From Alphaproteobacteria bacterium 41-28 (GTDB lineage: Bacteria; Pseudomonadota; Alphaproteobacteria; UBA9655): a DNA stretch of 64,000 bases. The first letter of the stretch is position 1, and each line of letters starts with the position of its first letter. The stretch lies in the NCBI GenBank assembly GCA_001897795.1, contig MKUL01000022.1:3363-67362 (forward strand), in the 5' to 3' direction. Shown one piece after another: positions 38,210-48,553 of this stretch. Both the position numbers and the translations under genes were made by a program. The notes under the pieces were generated by a model. The model ran no database searches and was not told where the DNA came from. It was given only the letters and a program-made list of their open reading frames with translations.

Positions 38210-39661
38210 ATGATGAAAACTAAAGCAAGCTTTCTACCATTAATAAGTGTGATGTTTTCCGTGATTCAACCTGCTTGGTCAATGGAAGAACGGGATGAAT
38301 TAAAACCCACCCAGAACTGCAAGCGACCTAACCACCAAATTGATCCAGATCAAAGTAAAAACGAGAAAGAGGAGAAAAAACAGCCTACCAAAAGACAAAA
38401 AGGTGAGGGTGAAGAGCAGGGACTCGAGGAAGAAGAGTTTGAAGAAACCTCTGAAGAAATTATCACACCGGAAGCTTTATACCCCTATCTCGAAAAAAGA
38501 TGGAAAGCTCGCGGGGTTTTTGACACTGCTGCGCAGATGAAATTCCGTGATGAAGTCAACGCTAAAAACCCTCCTGCGATTAGACTTATGTTGAAGGCAC
38601 TTTTGGATTGGGAACGTGATCTAAAAAGAAAATCTTTCCTAAAGAAACAGTTAGACTTACCCACTGATTGTTTCACAAAAGATGAAAATACGGTCAAGGA
38701 TCTACTCAAAAAGTACTTTGCGGAGATAGATTCGCAAAACCCTTACGATATTGCTTTTAGATATAAACATGCAGACGCTTCGCTGATTCTCCGAGAAGAC
38801 GAAAAATTTCTATCCGATTCGATTAAAGAGAGTGATGATCCACGCCTTATTTATAAGGTAGCTCCTGTTCTCTTGAAGGTCACTTCTACGCAAGATACCC
38901 TTCGTGTTGCAGCAAATAAAATAAGTGAGTTGTCTAGGCGCATGTTGGATGAAAAATCTACGGCAGGTTTTAGTATTCGTCACGAGGTTAAAATGTCCTT
39001 TAGATCTTATCTTGCAAAAGAGATTCTTGGAGGACAAAGCAATATTAATTTCCCCTATTTTGAGAAATGTATAAAATCTTTATTACAATCCGATCATCTA
39101 GATAACGCTACGCCCCATCAATTTTATAAGAGCATCCAGTTAGCTCTTAAGTGCGCGGATTCTCTTTACTGGAAATCACTTTGTGACGATCTGTGGATAG
39201 AATTCCTTCCTACCATAGAACAACTCCTGCCAGAATCTTTAAGGGAATTATGGATCCCTGCTGATCTCAGTCTTTGTCTTTATTATTCTGAGAATGAAGG
39301 AAAAGGTTTAGACCCTTTAGGCCTGCCAAAATTTACCTATAATTTTTCTTCATGGAGTCGTTCTTTGAATCGAGAGAGGGCAGACTTCTATCGTCGTCGC
39401 GCAATAGAAAAAAAATATGATTCTGACTCGATTTCCCCTGAACTCCAAGCGTACCTCGAACATACATACAGTACTCTCATAAAAAATCCTTCTCCTCCCA
39501 TAAAATTACTGCCAAACATAATGGTGGACTTGGCTGGAGAAAGTGATAATCGGGAAATTAATGAACATGTAGGTTGGTTGTACTTACATGGCGTAGGTGT
39601 TAAACAAGATGATAATGAAAGTCAGCGACGATTCAAATTGGCTTCAGGAAGTATATTATAA
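38210..39661 (+). CDS. Secreted hypothetical protein with an acidic/basic N-terminal linker and a single C-terminal Sel1-like unit
   Basis: Signal peptide ...VIQPAWS followed by MEERDE, then a KEEKKQPTKRQKGEGEE cluster. The C-terminus reads GWLYLHGVGVKQDDNESQRRFKLAS. Confidence 0.65.
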   Translation: MMKTKASFLPLISVMFSVIQPAWSMEERDELKPTQNCKRPNHQIDPDQSKNEKEEKKQPTKRQKGEGEEQGLEEEEFEETSEEIITPEALYPYLEKRWKARGVFDTAAQMKFRDEVNAKNPPAIRLMLKALLDWERDLKRKSFLKKQLDLPTDCFTKDENTVKDLLKKYFAEIDSQNPYDIAFRYKHADASLILREDEKFLSDSIKESDDPRLIYKVAPVLLKVTSTQDTLRVAANKISELSRRMLDEKSTAGFSIRHEVKMSFRSYLAKEILGGQSNINFPYFEKCIKSLLQSDHLDNATPHQFYKSIQLALKCADSLYWKSLCDDLWIEFLPTIEQLLPESLRELWIPADLSLCLYYSENEGKGLDPLGLPKFTYNFSSWSRSLNRERADFYRRRAIEKKYDSDSISPELQAYLEHTYSTLIKNPSPPIKLLPNIMVDLAGESDNREINEHVGWLYLHGVGVKQDDNESQRRFKLASGSIL

Positions 39662-39753
39662 TGGAAAAAGGTATCCATTAAGATTTCAAGATACCTGGGG
39701 ATTGCTTCCCCCCACGAAAGTGGGCGCGGAAGCAGCCCAGGCAATGGTAGGAA

Positions 39754-40680
39754 CTATTTCTCCAACTGAGCAGCCACTTCTGCCGCAAAGTCAGATTGGA
39801 CCTTTTCAATCCCCTCACCGAGGGCAAAGCGCACGAAGCCTGCAAGTTTGACAGGTTGACCAAGCTCTTTTTCAGCCGTAGCGACAACATCCTTTACGCG
39901 TGTTTTACCGTCTATGATAAAGACTTGCTCTTCCAAAACAACATCCTCGTAAAATTTGCGAAGACGGCCTTCGACCATCTTATCTACAAACTCGGCGGGC
40001 TTTCCAGAGGCAAGGGCTTGCTCACGGAAAATAGCGCGTTCCCGATCAACTTCTGCAGGGTCTACGGCTTCAATGTTCAGGGCTATGGGCTGAGCAGCAG
40101 CCACATGCATGGCAATTTGTTTGTCCACAGCTTCAAGCTTTTCTGTTGGAGCTGAAGATTCAAGAGCCGTAAGAACGCCTAATCGTCCGAGGCCAGGTGC
40201 GACTGCATTATGTATATAAGGAACCACAACGCCTTGGGAGACTTCCAAGTAACCTACGCGTCTTAACATCATATTTTCGCCAATCGTGGCGATAAGGTGA
40301 GTCAGCCCTTCCTCAACTGTTTTTTGAGAACCAGGGTAAGGCGCCTTTTTCAAGGCCTCTAAATCTCCCTTTGTGGTCAAGGCTATCTCGGCCACCTTTC
40401 GGACGAAATTTTGGAACTGTTCACTGCGACCGACAAAGTCCGTTTCACTATTGACTTCTATAATGGCTCCTCGTGGTCCTTGACAAAAAACACCCACGAG
40501 TCCTTCGGCTGCTACACGACCTGATTTCTTAGCCGCAGCAGCGAGCCCCTTTTTCCGAAGCCAATCAATTGCTGCTTCTAACTCACCATGATTTTCGGTG
40601 AGAGCTTTCTTACAGTCCATCATTCCTGCGCCCGTCTTTTCGCGCAGCTCTTTCACAAGTGAAGGGGAGATATCCGCCAT
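39754..40680 (-). CDS. tsf: Elongation factor Ts
   Basis: [27 protein letters not shown], located downstream of rpsB. Confidence 0.95.
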   Translation of the reverse strand: MADISPSLVKELREKTGAGMMDCKKALTENHGELEAAIDWLRKKGLAAAAKKSGRVAAEGLVGVFCQGPRGAIIEVNSETDFVGRSEQFQNFVRKVAEIALTTKGDLEALKKAPYPGSQKTVEEGLTHLIATIGENMMLRRVGYLEVSQGVVVPYIHNAVAPGLGRLGVLTALESSAPTEKLEAVDKQIAMHVAAAQPIALNIEAVDPAEVDRERAIFREQALASGKPAEFVDKMVEGRLRKFYEDVVLEEQVFIIDGKTRVKDVVATAEKELGQPVKLAGFVRFALGEGIEKVQSDFAAEVAAQLEK

Positions 40681-40683
40681 CGC

Positions 40684-41538
40684 TTACTCCTTTGCTATTT
40701 CAATTGAAGCATTTTCTTGCTCGATCTCTGGGGCGATTTCTTCAGTGACGATCGATTCACTTGCAGTTTCAGCCTCAGCCTCAACGAAGGGTTCTTCTTT
40801 GACGTCAACAGTTACCTCTTCAGCTTCTCCTATATCAACGCCCGATGATTTCATTTCTGCTTGCAGCCCATCTAAGACGGATGCTGACACGAGAGTGCAG
40901 TAAAGTTCAATGGCGCGCTGCGAGTCATCATTCCCAGGGACGATATAATCGATTCCATCAGGGTTGGAGTTGCTATCCACAATCGCAACAACGGGAATGC
41001 CGAGCTTGTTGGCCTCTTTAATGGCGATGTCTTCTTTGTTGGTATCGATGACAAAGAGAATATCGGGAACCCCCCCCATCTCCTTGATTCCACCTAAAGA
41101 AAGTTCGAGTTTGTTTCGTTCTCTCTCGAGAGTCAAAAGTTCCTTTTTGGTAAAACCATGAACCCCTTGGTCAAATTGCTCTTGAAGTTCGCGCAAACGT
41201 TTAATGGATTGAGAAATTGTTTTCCAATTTGTGAGCATGCCGCCGAGCCAGCGATGGTTCACATAAAATTGGCCGCATAGGTTTGCTGCTTCTTTAACGA
41301 TTTGGGAAGCTTGCCGTTTTGTTCCCACGAACAGAACGCGGCCGCCACCGGCCACAATATCACGGATCGCTTGTAAGGAATGATGCAACAAGGGAACGCT
41401 TTGTTGCAAGTCAATGATATGAATTCCTCCGCGTGATCCATACAAATAGGATTCCATTTTGGGATTCCAGCGACGGGTTTGGTGTCCGAAGTGAACGCCA
41501 GCTTCCAAAAGCTGACGCATGGTAAATGTTGGCATCAT
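40684..41538 (-). CDS. rpsB: 30S ribosomal protein S2 with an acidic C-terminal extension
   Basis: [22 protein letters not shown]. The tail is [36 protein letters not shown]. Confidence 0.95.
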   Translation of the reverse strand: MMPTFTMRQLLEAGVHFGHQTRRWNPKMESYLYGSRGGIHIIDLQQSVPLLHHSLQAIRDIVAGGGRVLFVGTKRQASQIVKEAANLCGQFYVNHRWLGGMLTNWKTISQSIKRLRELQEQFDQGVHGFTKKELLTLERERNKLELSLGGIKEMGGVPDILFVIDTNKEDIAIKEANKLGIPVVAIVDSNSNPDGIDYIVPGNDDSQRAIELYCTLVSASVLDGLQAEMKSSGVDIGEAEEVTVDVKEEPFVEAEAETASESIVTEEIAPEIEQENASIEIAKE

Positions 41539-41783
41539 AATAAAGTCCTTTCTCCAGTTAAGCCGCCGCAGAGGAAAGGGGCTTTTAAGGCCACCGGAGG
41601 GATCGCTCTGCGTGAGGATTTGTGATCGTTGTAATTAAAGATCACATTAGGGATCTATATACTCCTTCTTTAGGGTCAAGAACAAGAAAAATCTTTAAAT
41701 TGATTCAAGGAAATTGTTCAAAAAAGGATTGAAAAGCACTTTTGACTCTGTCTTAATCATCAAATCCATCGTTAGGAGGGTTT

Positions 41784-42524
41784 ATGAAGATACTTTGCAT
41801 TACCCATGCTGACTTTGAAACTCCTGGGATTATAGAAGACTGGGCAAAGCAACGAGGCTATGGCTTTTCGATCTGCAAACCTTATAAGGGGGAGGACTGT
41901 TTAACCTATCAGTCTTTTGATGTCTTGATTGTTATGGGAGGCCCCCAAAGCCCCTTAGAGATTGAAAAGGATCCCTACCTGAAAGATGAGATCAAACTTA
42001 TTACCCAGGCCATTCACGACAGGAAAATTGTTTTAGGGTTTTGCTTAGGGGCTCAGCTTATTGGAGAAGCCCTTGGCGGGAAAACAGAACGGAGCCCCGA
42101 AAAAGAGGTTGGCGTTTTCCCTATTGTTTTAACAGAAAAAGGACGTGAAGATCCTTTGTTTGAAGGACTTCCAAATCTCATTCCTGTCATTCATTGGCAC
42201 AACGACATGCCGGGGAAAACTGTGAATTCTGTCGTATTGGCTTATAGTGAAGGGTGTCCTCGGCAAATTTTGCGGTACACCCCCTCTACTTATGGTTTTC
42301 AGTGTCATCTCGAAATTACCAAAGAGGGGATAAAGGACATGATCAAAGCCTGCCCGGGGGATTTAAAACCAAGCCGTTTCACACAAACCTCTGAAGAACT
42401 GTTGCAGCAAAACTATGAAGCGATCAATCAAATTATGGTCAAAATTTTAGATCGGGTCGTGGGTTTGAAAGAGGGAGACGAAGTGGAGTCGGATTATAGA
42501 ATGATTAAGATAAGTAAGCGATAA
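41784..42524 (+). CDS. Class I glutamine amidotransferase-like protein
   Basis: Nucleophile elbow GFCLGAQL and the His-x-Glu pair (FQCHLE). Confidence 0.8.
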   Translation: MKILCITHADFETPGIIEDWAKQRGYGFSICKPYKGEDCLTYQSFDVLIVMGGPQSPLEIEKDPYLKDEIKLITQAIHDRKIVLGFCLGAQLIGEALGGKTERSPEKEVGVFPIVLTEKGREDPLFEGLPNLIPVIHWHNDMPGKTVNSVVLAYSEGCPRQILRYTPSTYGFQCHLEITKEGIKDMIKACPGDLKPSRFTQTSEELLQQNYEAINQIMVKILDRVVGLKEGDEVESDYRMIKISKR

Positions 42525-42530
42525 TTAAAG

Positions 42531-42566
42531 GTAAGGGCATGAGATTGTTAGAACTCATGCCCTTAC
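42531..42566. terminator. Bidirectional hairpin between the convergent GATase and lectin genes
   Basis: Perfect 13-bp stem: GTAAGGGCATGAG (42531-43) pairs with CTCATGCCCTTAC (42554-66). Confidence 0.7.
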
Positions 42567-42585
42567 TCAAATATAAAACACTAAA

Positions 42586-43122
42586 TTAATTGTTATTTAT
42601 TTTTTCCAATTTCCAGAGTTGATCTGGATTATATGACTTTGTTTTTGGAGTATAAGATTCTATACTTGGTCTTACCACACCTTTGTCATCTTCAGCTTTA
42701 GGGAAAGCTTCTAAATATCTTGTCCCCCCATTCTTGGTATGACACCCAATGCGATAATAACCATTACTCACAGGTATTATAAACCAATCCTGATCTTGAC
42801 TATAGGATTGAGGCTTTGGTCTTGCCACTTTATCTTTTGGAAAAGCTTCTAAGTATCTTATTCCACCATTTCGTGTCCGGCAACTAATACGACGATAATT
42901 ATTTCTCGTTTCTATAGACCAATTTTGATCTTGACTCAGTGACTCGGGTCTTGGTCTTACCTTACCATTCCCCTCTCTAGGGAAAGCTTCAAGATACCTC
43001 TTACCACGGTTTTTTGTATGGCAAAAAATTTTATATTCACCATCCGCGGGATCCATCGCTTCTGCACTTGTTGGAAGAAAAGGTAAACAGAGGATAAAAA
43101 GTAATTTTTGATATTTTTTCAT
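42586..43122 (-). CDS. Secreted ricin-B-type (beta-trefoil, (QxW)3) lectin-like protein
   Basis: Signal peptide ...PTSAEA. There are three ~45-aa internal repeats, each with YxI.C.T.N.G.RYLEAFP and ending in QNW, QDW and QLW respectively. Confidence 0.75.
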   Translation of the reverse strand: MKKYQKLLFILCLPFLPTSAEAMDPADGEYKIFCHTKNRGKRYLEAFPREGNGKVRPRPESLSQDQNWSIETRNNYRRISCRTRNGGIRYLEAFPKDKVARPKPQSYSQDQDWFIIPVSNGYYRIGCHTKNGGTRYLEAFPKAEDDKGVVRPSIESYTPKTKSYNPDQLWKLEKINNN

Positions 43123-43456
43123 TGTTGTATCTCCTTTTAAAGTTGTTAATAAGCGAGAACCTTATTAGAGGTATAGGGAGGCTAAAATAAGGCTCTCTTG
43201 CGTCTAGTTTCTAATTTTGGACGAAAATGAGAATTGTCAAAAAATACACAAAAACTTTTAACTGGGGTCAGATGAAACAATGAGAAGTTTGGGAAAGGCT
43301 TTGCAAATTTATTTTTGGGGCTGACACCTGCGTAAAAAACCCGCAGAAACTTATCAAAATAGGAAAGAACTTTACAATAAAAATCTCTTAATTAACTTGT
43401 CTAAGTGTTTCAAGTTGGTATTCTTGTGACTAAAACTTAAGAGAGATGCCATTTTT

Positions 43457-46400
43457 ATGCAGGAAACACAAATTTTCTTCCCTCAAGAACTCTATTCAAA
43501 ATACTTGGTGACAATTGGTGGCATCCATTTTACGCGGCGCGAAATTGATGTAATTTCTTGTCTTCTCCATGGAAGAAGTCCCAAAAAAATAGCATCACTT
43601 TTAGTATTAAAACCAATGACAAAAGCCTCTGATAATTCTGAACATAAGTTTCTTCAACCAAGAGGTGTTGAAACCCATATCCGTAATATCAAGTACAAGC
43701 TTAAATATAATACGCGCGAAGAGATCATCGATTTTATTGAAGCCTCTGATAAATATATCTTTTTAAAAAAGTACTATTCTCTTTTACGGATTAATGTGGC
43801 TTTTGAAAAAAGCTTGAGAGACATTTCAAAGTTGAAGCATAAAGTAGAGTCTGTTTTCTTTATTGCTCAAGGGAAGGGTAGAGATCCCCTGATATCTCAC
43901 CTAAAAACCCATTTAACCCTTGCAGGTCTCACTGTTTCGAAGGGAGCTCGTAAAAAATACGATGACTATGTCATTTATGTTCTTCCGAAGTTGCTGGAAG
44001 AGAAAGATCTTTCTTCCCATTTTAAAAAATCAAATCAAAGTTCGGATAAGATTCTTTTTCTTCTTCAAGAAAAGAGTGATCATAAACACATTCCTGAAGA
44101 GTTTAAAGGCTCTAACGTTGTGGATTTTGTTAAATATGAAAATTATTATTTTTCTTTTTTTGCAATTCTCAATAAGCTTCTCCCAAATCTTAATTTTGAG
44201 AAAATCATTTCTGTTTTTGAGGATGAATATAAGAAAATAAATGTATCAATGGAGGCTCAGCCTGCGGAATTCAAGCTACCACAAATCGTTCTAGACGAAA
44301 ATAAGTTAGGATATCATTTCATTCATCCACTAAGGTGGGGTCTTTTATCGGCACTCTCTGTTGTCGGATTTTTTGGGTTTGGATTTCTAGCTTTTCAATG
44401 GAGCAAAGCTCCAGAAAGTTATTCTATTCGATCGGATTTGAATCTTCCTACAGAATCTGCACTTCTTCATCGCTCCGAACTCATTGCGCAGCTTGATAAG
44501 AAATTTAAAGAACATAAAGATATCCAAGCTATTGCTATTGTTGGGCCGGGAGGGGCTGGCAAAACAACCCTTGCCAGACAGTATGCCCATTCTCAAAAAT
44601 CGCCTCTTGTTTGGGAGATTAATGCAGAAACAAAAGAAAGTCTTAAGAGTTCTTTTGAACATTTAGCGCAAGCTTGTTCCAAAACGGAAGAAGATCAAAA
44701 GACATTAAGAGAGCTCCAAGAAATAAAAAACTCTAGAGAAAGGGAAGAAAAAATTATTCAGTTTGTGAAGGAGAGATTGAGGAGCTATTCAGATTGGTTC
44801 TTGATTTTTGATAACATTGAAAAATTTACAGATATTCAACATCACTTTCCTCAGGATTTTGAGACGTGGGGACGAGGAAAAATCATTCTAACGACCCGCG
44901 ACAATAACATTCAAAATAACAAACATATTAATCACGCCTTGCAAATAGGCGAATTAAATCCCAACCAAAAATTAGACCTTTTTACGAAAATCATGAGCAA
45001 TGGAAACGCCAGAGCCTTCTCTCGTGCTCAAGCTGAAAATACTAAAAAGTTCTTAGAAGAAATCCCCCCTTATCCCTTGGATATATCGATCGCCGCTTAC
45101 TATATCAAAGTGACAGGCATTCCTTATGAAAGATATTTAGAGCGTGTTAAAGGATATGATAATGATTTTGCATCAGTGCAAGAGAGCCTCTTAAAAGAAT
45201 CAGGAGAATATACAAAAACACGGTACAGCATTATCACTTTATCTTTAAAACATTTAATAAAGGCTCATAAGGATTTTGCAGAGCTTTTGTTATTTATAAG
45301 CCTCCTTGATTCTCAAAATATTCCAAGGGATTTATTGGAAAAATATAAAAATCATTCTGTTGTTGATAACTTCCTCTATCATTTAAAAAAATATTCTTTG
45401 ATTACAAACGAATCACCTCATCTTACTCATTCCCCTCCAACTTTTTCAATTCATCGTAGCACTCAAGCAATAAGTTTAAATTATCTTACGAAAAAGTTAG
45501 CCTTGGGTAGAAACTATCACCTGATTACATCCATTACTCTTACCCTAGAGCGTTATATTGCTGATATTCTTGAACAACAACATTTCTTAAAAACAAAAGA
45601 CTTAAGAAGTCATTGTGAAAGGTTTTTGAGTCATGATCATTTATTAACAAAAGCTATGAAAGGAGCGATTGGTGGTGTACTAGGGGGTATTTATGTAGAT
45701 CAAATGAATCATAAAAGAGGAAAGCAGCTTCTTGAAGAAAATCTCACAATTCTAAAAAAATTTAATAATGAAAATCATATTCGGATTTCTCAAATTTTAC
45801 TTTATTTAGGGTTAATTAATTGGGATCTTGGTAATTTTGAAAAAGCTAAAGATTTTTATGAGCAAAGCCTCATTGTGTCCAAAAAACACCTTCCTGAAAA
45901 CCCTTCAGGAGTTGCTCGAACCCTAGCAAGTTTAGGACATGTTCTTAGGCAGTTAGGTCATTATGAAAAAGCTCAAGATGCACTTGAACAAAGTTTACTT
46001 ATTTGTAAGAAATATTGTCCAGAAAATCATCTTAGAGTTGCTGTAGTTTTAAGCTACCTAGGATTTGTTCATTATGAAGTTGCTCGCTATGAAAAAGCAA
46101 TAAATCACCTTGAGAGGAGCCTAACTATTTATAAAAAATATTACCCCGAAAACTATTATGGAATTGCTCGTGCACTCGTCATATTGGGAATGAGTTATTC
46201 AAAGCTGGGGAATTATAAAAAAGCTAAGGATATACTTGAACAGAGTCTTATCAATCATTTAAATTATTATCCTAAAAATCATTATTCTACTTTTTGGGTT
46301 TTGGGACAGTTAGGCAATGTTCATACGAGGCTAGGTCATTACGAAAAAGCGAGAGGTCTATTAAAACAATGTCTGGTAACTTTCGAAAAATATTATGGTA

Positions 46401-46762
46401 TTAATCAAGATGTGACGGCTAGGGTTTTATTAGATTTAGGTGAGACATATCTTGCCGAAGGAAATATAGAAGTTGCTGAAAATCTCATGAAAAAGTCCTT
46501 GAAAATCTTCCAACAAAATAAACACCCTTTGAGCTATGCTTCTTTAGAAAGTTTAGCAGAATTATATTTGAAAAAATCAAGAAAGAATGTGAACGTTCAG
46601 GAAACTTCGAATTTTAAAACCAAAGCTCGGGATTACCTCAAACAAGCCCTTGAGGTAGTTAAAATTCACTTTCCAGAAGATTCCCCCCATATTACAAGAA
46701 TCCAGCGCAAACTTAATGAACTAGAACTTCACGATGCCCTTAAAAGACCCCACCTTCATTGA
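43457..46762 (+). CDS. STAND NTPase: N-terminal LuxR-type HTH, alpha/beta region, hydrophobic segment, NB-ARC-like ATPase, ~7 TPR (KLC-like) repeats
   Basis: HTH FTRREIDVISCLLHGRSPKKIASLL...ETHIRNIKYKL. Hydrophobic aa 293-314 WGLLSALSVVGFFGFGFLAFQW. P-loop IVGPGGAGKTTLA (nt 44543-), Walker B LIFDN, and ILTTRD. The TPR units have 42-aa periodicity, for example LASLGHVLRQLGHYEKAQDALEQSL. Confidence 0.85.
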   Translation: MQETQIFFPQELYSKYLVTIGGIHFTRREIDVISCLLHGRSPKKIASLLVLKPMTKASDNSEHKFLQPRGVETHIRNIKYKLKYNTREEIIDFIEASDKYIFLKKYYSLLRINVAFEKSLRDISKLKHKVESVFFIAQGKGRDPLISHLKTHLTLAGLTVSKGARKKYDDYVIYVLPKLLEEKDLSSHFKKSNQSSDKILFLLQEKSDHKHIPEEFKGSNVVDFVKYENYYFSFFAILNKLLPNLNFEKIISVFEDEYKKINVSMEAQPAEFKLPQIVLDENKLGYHFIHPLRWGLLSALSVVGFFGFGFLAFQWSKAPESYSIRSDLNLPTESALLHRSELIAQLDKKFKEHKDIQAIAIVGPGGAGKTTLARQYAHSQKSPLVWEINAETKESLKSSFEHLAQACSKTEEDQKTLRELQEIKNSREREEKIIQFVKERLRSYSDWFLIFDNIEKFTDIQHHFPQDFETWGRGKIILTTRDNNIQNNKHINHALQIGELNPNQKLDLFTKIMSNGNARAFSRAQAENTKKFLEEIPPYPLDISIAAYYIKVTGIPYERYLERVKGYDNDFASVQESLLKESGEYTKTRYSIITLSLKHLIKAHKDFAELLLFISLLDSQNIPRDLLEKYKNHSVVDNFLYHLKKYSLITNESPHLTHSPPTFSIHRSTQAISLNYLTKKLALGRNYHLITSITLTLERYIADILEQQHFLKTKDLRSHCERFLSHDHLLTKAMKGAIGGVLGGIYVDQMNHKRGKQLLEENLTILKKFNNENHIRISQILLYLGLINWDLGNFEKAKDFYEQSLIVSKKHLPENPSGVARTLASLGHVLRQLGHYEKAQDALEQSLLICKKYCPENHLRVAVVLSYLGFVHYEVARYEKAINHLERSLTIYKKYYPENYYGIARALVILGMSYSKLGNYKKAKDILEQSLINHLNYYPKNHYSTFWVLGQLGNVHTRLGHYEKARGLLKQCLVTFEKYYGINQDVTARVLLDLGETYLAEGNIEVAENLMKKSLKIFQQNKHPLSYASLESLAELYLKKSRKNVNVQETSNFKTKARDYLKQALEVVKIHFPEDSPHITRIQRKLNELELHDALKRPHLH

Positions 46763-47414
46763 CCTAACACATACCTTAACCCCAAGTATTCCTTCCTGGG
46801 ATGGCAGTTGTGGGTTTCAGCATGACCTAAGGGATGATTATGATCCTGCCGCTCCTTATCAGGTACGCACCTATGATATTCACATGCAGGCAGGAATGGG
46901 GACGCATATCGATGCACCGGCCCATTTTATTCCGGGAGGTCGCTGTATCAATGATCTGAATTTGCAGGAACTCATTGCTCCCTGTATTGTTATGAATGTC
47001 TCAAACCAAATGCATGAGCGATACTCGTTGAAGGTAAAAGATATTGAATCCTTTGAAACACAGCATGGAGTTATTCCCCCAGGCTGTTTTGTGATTGTTT
47101 ATTCAGGATGGGAACGATATTGGACGACACCCGACAAGTATCGTAATAATCTCGTTTACCCGAGTCTTTCAAAAGAAGCTGCACAAGCTTTACTAGACAG
47201 GCAAATTGTTGGTTTGGGAATTGATACGCTCTCTCCTGATCGACCCGAAGATGGTTTTCCAGTGCATAAATTAATCTTAGGTGCTGATAAATATATTGTG
47301 GAAAATGTCGCAAATGCGTTAAAGTTGCCACCTACGGGAGCATACACGGTTGTGTGCCCTCTCAAGATTGAAAAGGGGACGGAATCCCCAATTAGGCTTA
47401 TAGGGATGTCGTGA
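46734..47414 (+). CDS. Cyclase-family (kynurenine-formamidase-like) metal-dependent hydrolase
   Basis: GMGTHIDAPAHF (HxGTHxDxPxH-type motif) and GLGIDTLSPD. The start overlaps the STAND gene end by 29 nt. Confidence 0.8.
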   Translation: MPLKDPTFIDLTHTLTPSIPSWDGSCGFQHDLRDDYDPAAPYQVRTYDIHMQAGMGTHIDAPAHFIPGGRCINDLNLQELIAPCIVMNVSNQMHERYSLKVKDIESFETQHGVIPPGCFVIVYSGWERYWTTPDKYRNNLVYPSLSKEAAQALLDRQIVGLGIDTLSPDRPEDGFPVHKLILGADKYIVENVANALKLPPTGAYTVVCPLKIEKGTESPIRLIGMS

Positions 47415-47439
47415 AGTTAGATATAAAGGAAAAATAACC

Positions 47440-48450
47440 ATGAAATGGAAGATTCTAGCTTTTTTGATTTGTTTTCTTAGTCTTAATTCTTCCCTTCTCC
47501 ATGCTTTTGAGCAGAAGGTGATTCAGGTGAAGGGTCTTGAATTTTGGACTGAAGCTTTTGGTAAAAAAGAGGACCCAGCATTACTCCTTATTATGGGCAG
47601 TGGTGCTCAAGGATTGTCCTGGCACCAAAAATTTTGTGAGCAATTAGCAGATAAAGGCTTCTATGTTATTCGCTACGATCATCGTGATGTAGGTCTTTCT
47701 TCTAATATAGACTATAAGGAATCTCCCTATACCCTTTTGGATATGGCTAAAGATTCCATTGGTATACTCAATAAATATGGTATTCGGAAGGCTCATATCG
47801 TCGGGGCTTCAATGGGGGGGCCAATTGCAATGTTGATTGGAGCTCATTTTCCCGATCGTGTTTCCACTCTGACTTTGATGGTAACGTCACCTGACATGCG
47901 CTCCAATCTTGATGCCCTTCAAGGCAAGCCCTCGGAAAGTCCTCTTTCGCCTCCTAAACTTGTTATTCTATCTTGGATAAAAAGCTTCGTAAGCAATCCA
48001 CCCAAAACCTTGCCTGAAAAAATGAAAAATTCCTTAGAAGGTAGCCGGCTATTAAATGGAGAGAAAGTTCCGTTTGATGAGGATCTCAATCATCAATTGG
48101 CTCTTCAAAGTATTAAGAGAACCCGTGATCCACTCAGTATGTTCAATCACCTTAAAGCTCTTAATGCGAGTTATGATTTATACAAGCAAGCTTTAACCCA
48201 AATTAAAGTGCCTACCCTTATCCTGCATGGCGACCAAGATCCCATCTTTCCCATTGATCATGGTAAGGCTCTAAAACAAGCTATTCCCCATGCTCAGCTG
48301 GTCATTATTCCAGGCATGGGGCACGTTTTAAATACTCACTTTTATGGTGTTCTCATTGATAAAATTGTTAATCTAGCAAAAAAAGATGCGGTGCAACCTT
48401 GTGTTCAGAAAATCAGAACTGAGGACCAAATGGCCAATTCGCAAATTTGA
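47440..48450 (+). CDS. Secreted alpha/beta-fold hydrolase
   Basis: Signal peptide, HG-like LLLIMGSG, nucleophile elbow GASMGG, and late D/H residues (HGDQDPIFP, PGMGHV). Confidence 0.8.
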   Translation: MKWKILAFLICFLSLNSSLLHAFEQKVIQVKGLEFWTEAFGKKEDPALLLIMGSGAQGLSWHQKFCEQLADKGFYVIRYDHRDVGLSSNIDYKESPYTLLDMAKDSIGILNKYGIRKAHIVGASMGGPIAMLIGAHFPDRVSTLTLMVTSPDMRSNLDALQGKPSESPLSPPKLVILSWIKSFVSNPPKTLPEKMKNSLEGSRLLNGEKVPFDEDLNHQLALQSIKRTRDPLSMFNHLKALNASYDLYKQALTQIKVPTLILHGDQDPIFPIDHGKALKQAIPHAQLVIIPGMGHVLNTHFYGVLIDKIVNLAKKDAVQPCVQKIRTEDQMANSQI

Positions 48451-48553
48451 CATTCCTAAAAAGAGCTATAAAATATAATTATAGACTGAGCGAATTGTGT
48501 CTGGTGTAGTAACTGTATTATTTTGTCTAATTTCCAGTTATACCTATTCACTT

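Noticed and set aside
43840-44210. TIR-like reading of the STAND protein region aa 130-250 (VFFIAQGKGRD..LISHLKTHLTLAGLTV)
   Set aside because: Only the first strand-helix pattern resembles TIR. No catalytic Glu or BB-loop can be placed by eye, so the evidence is insufficient without profile or structure searches.
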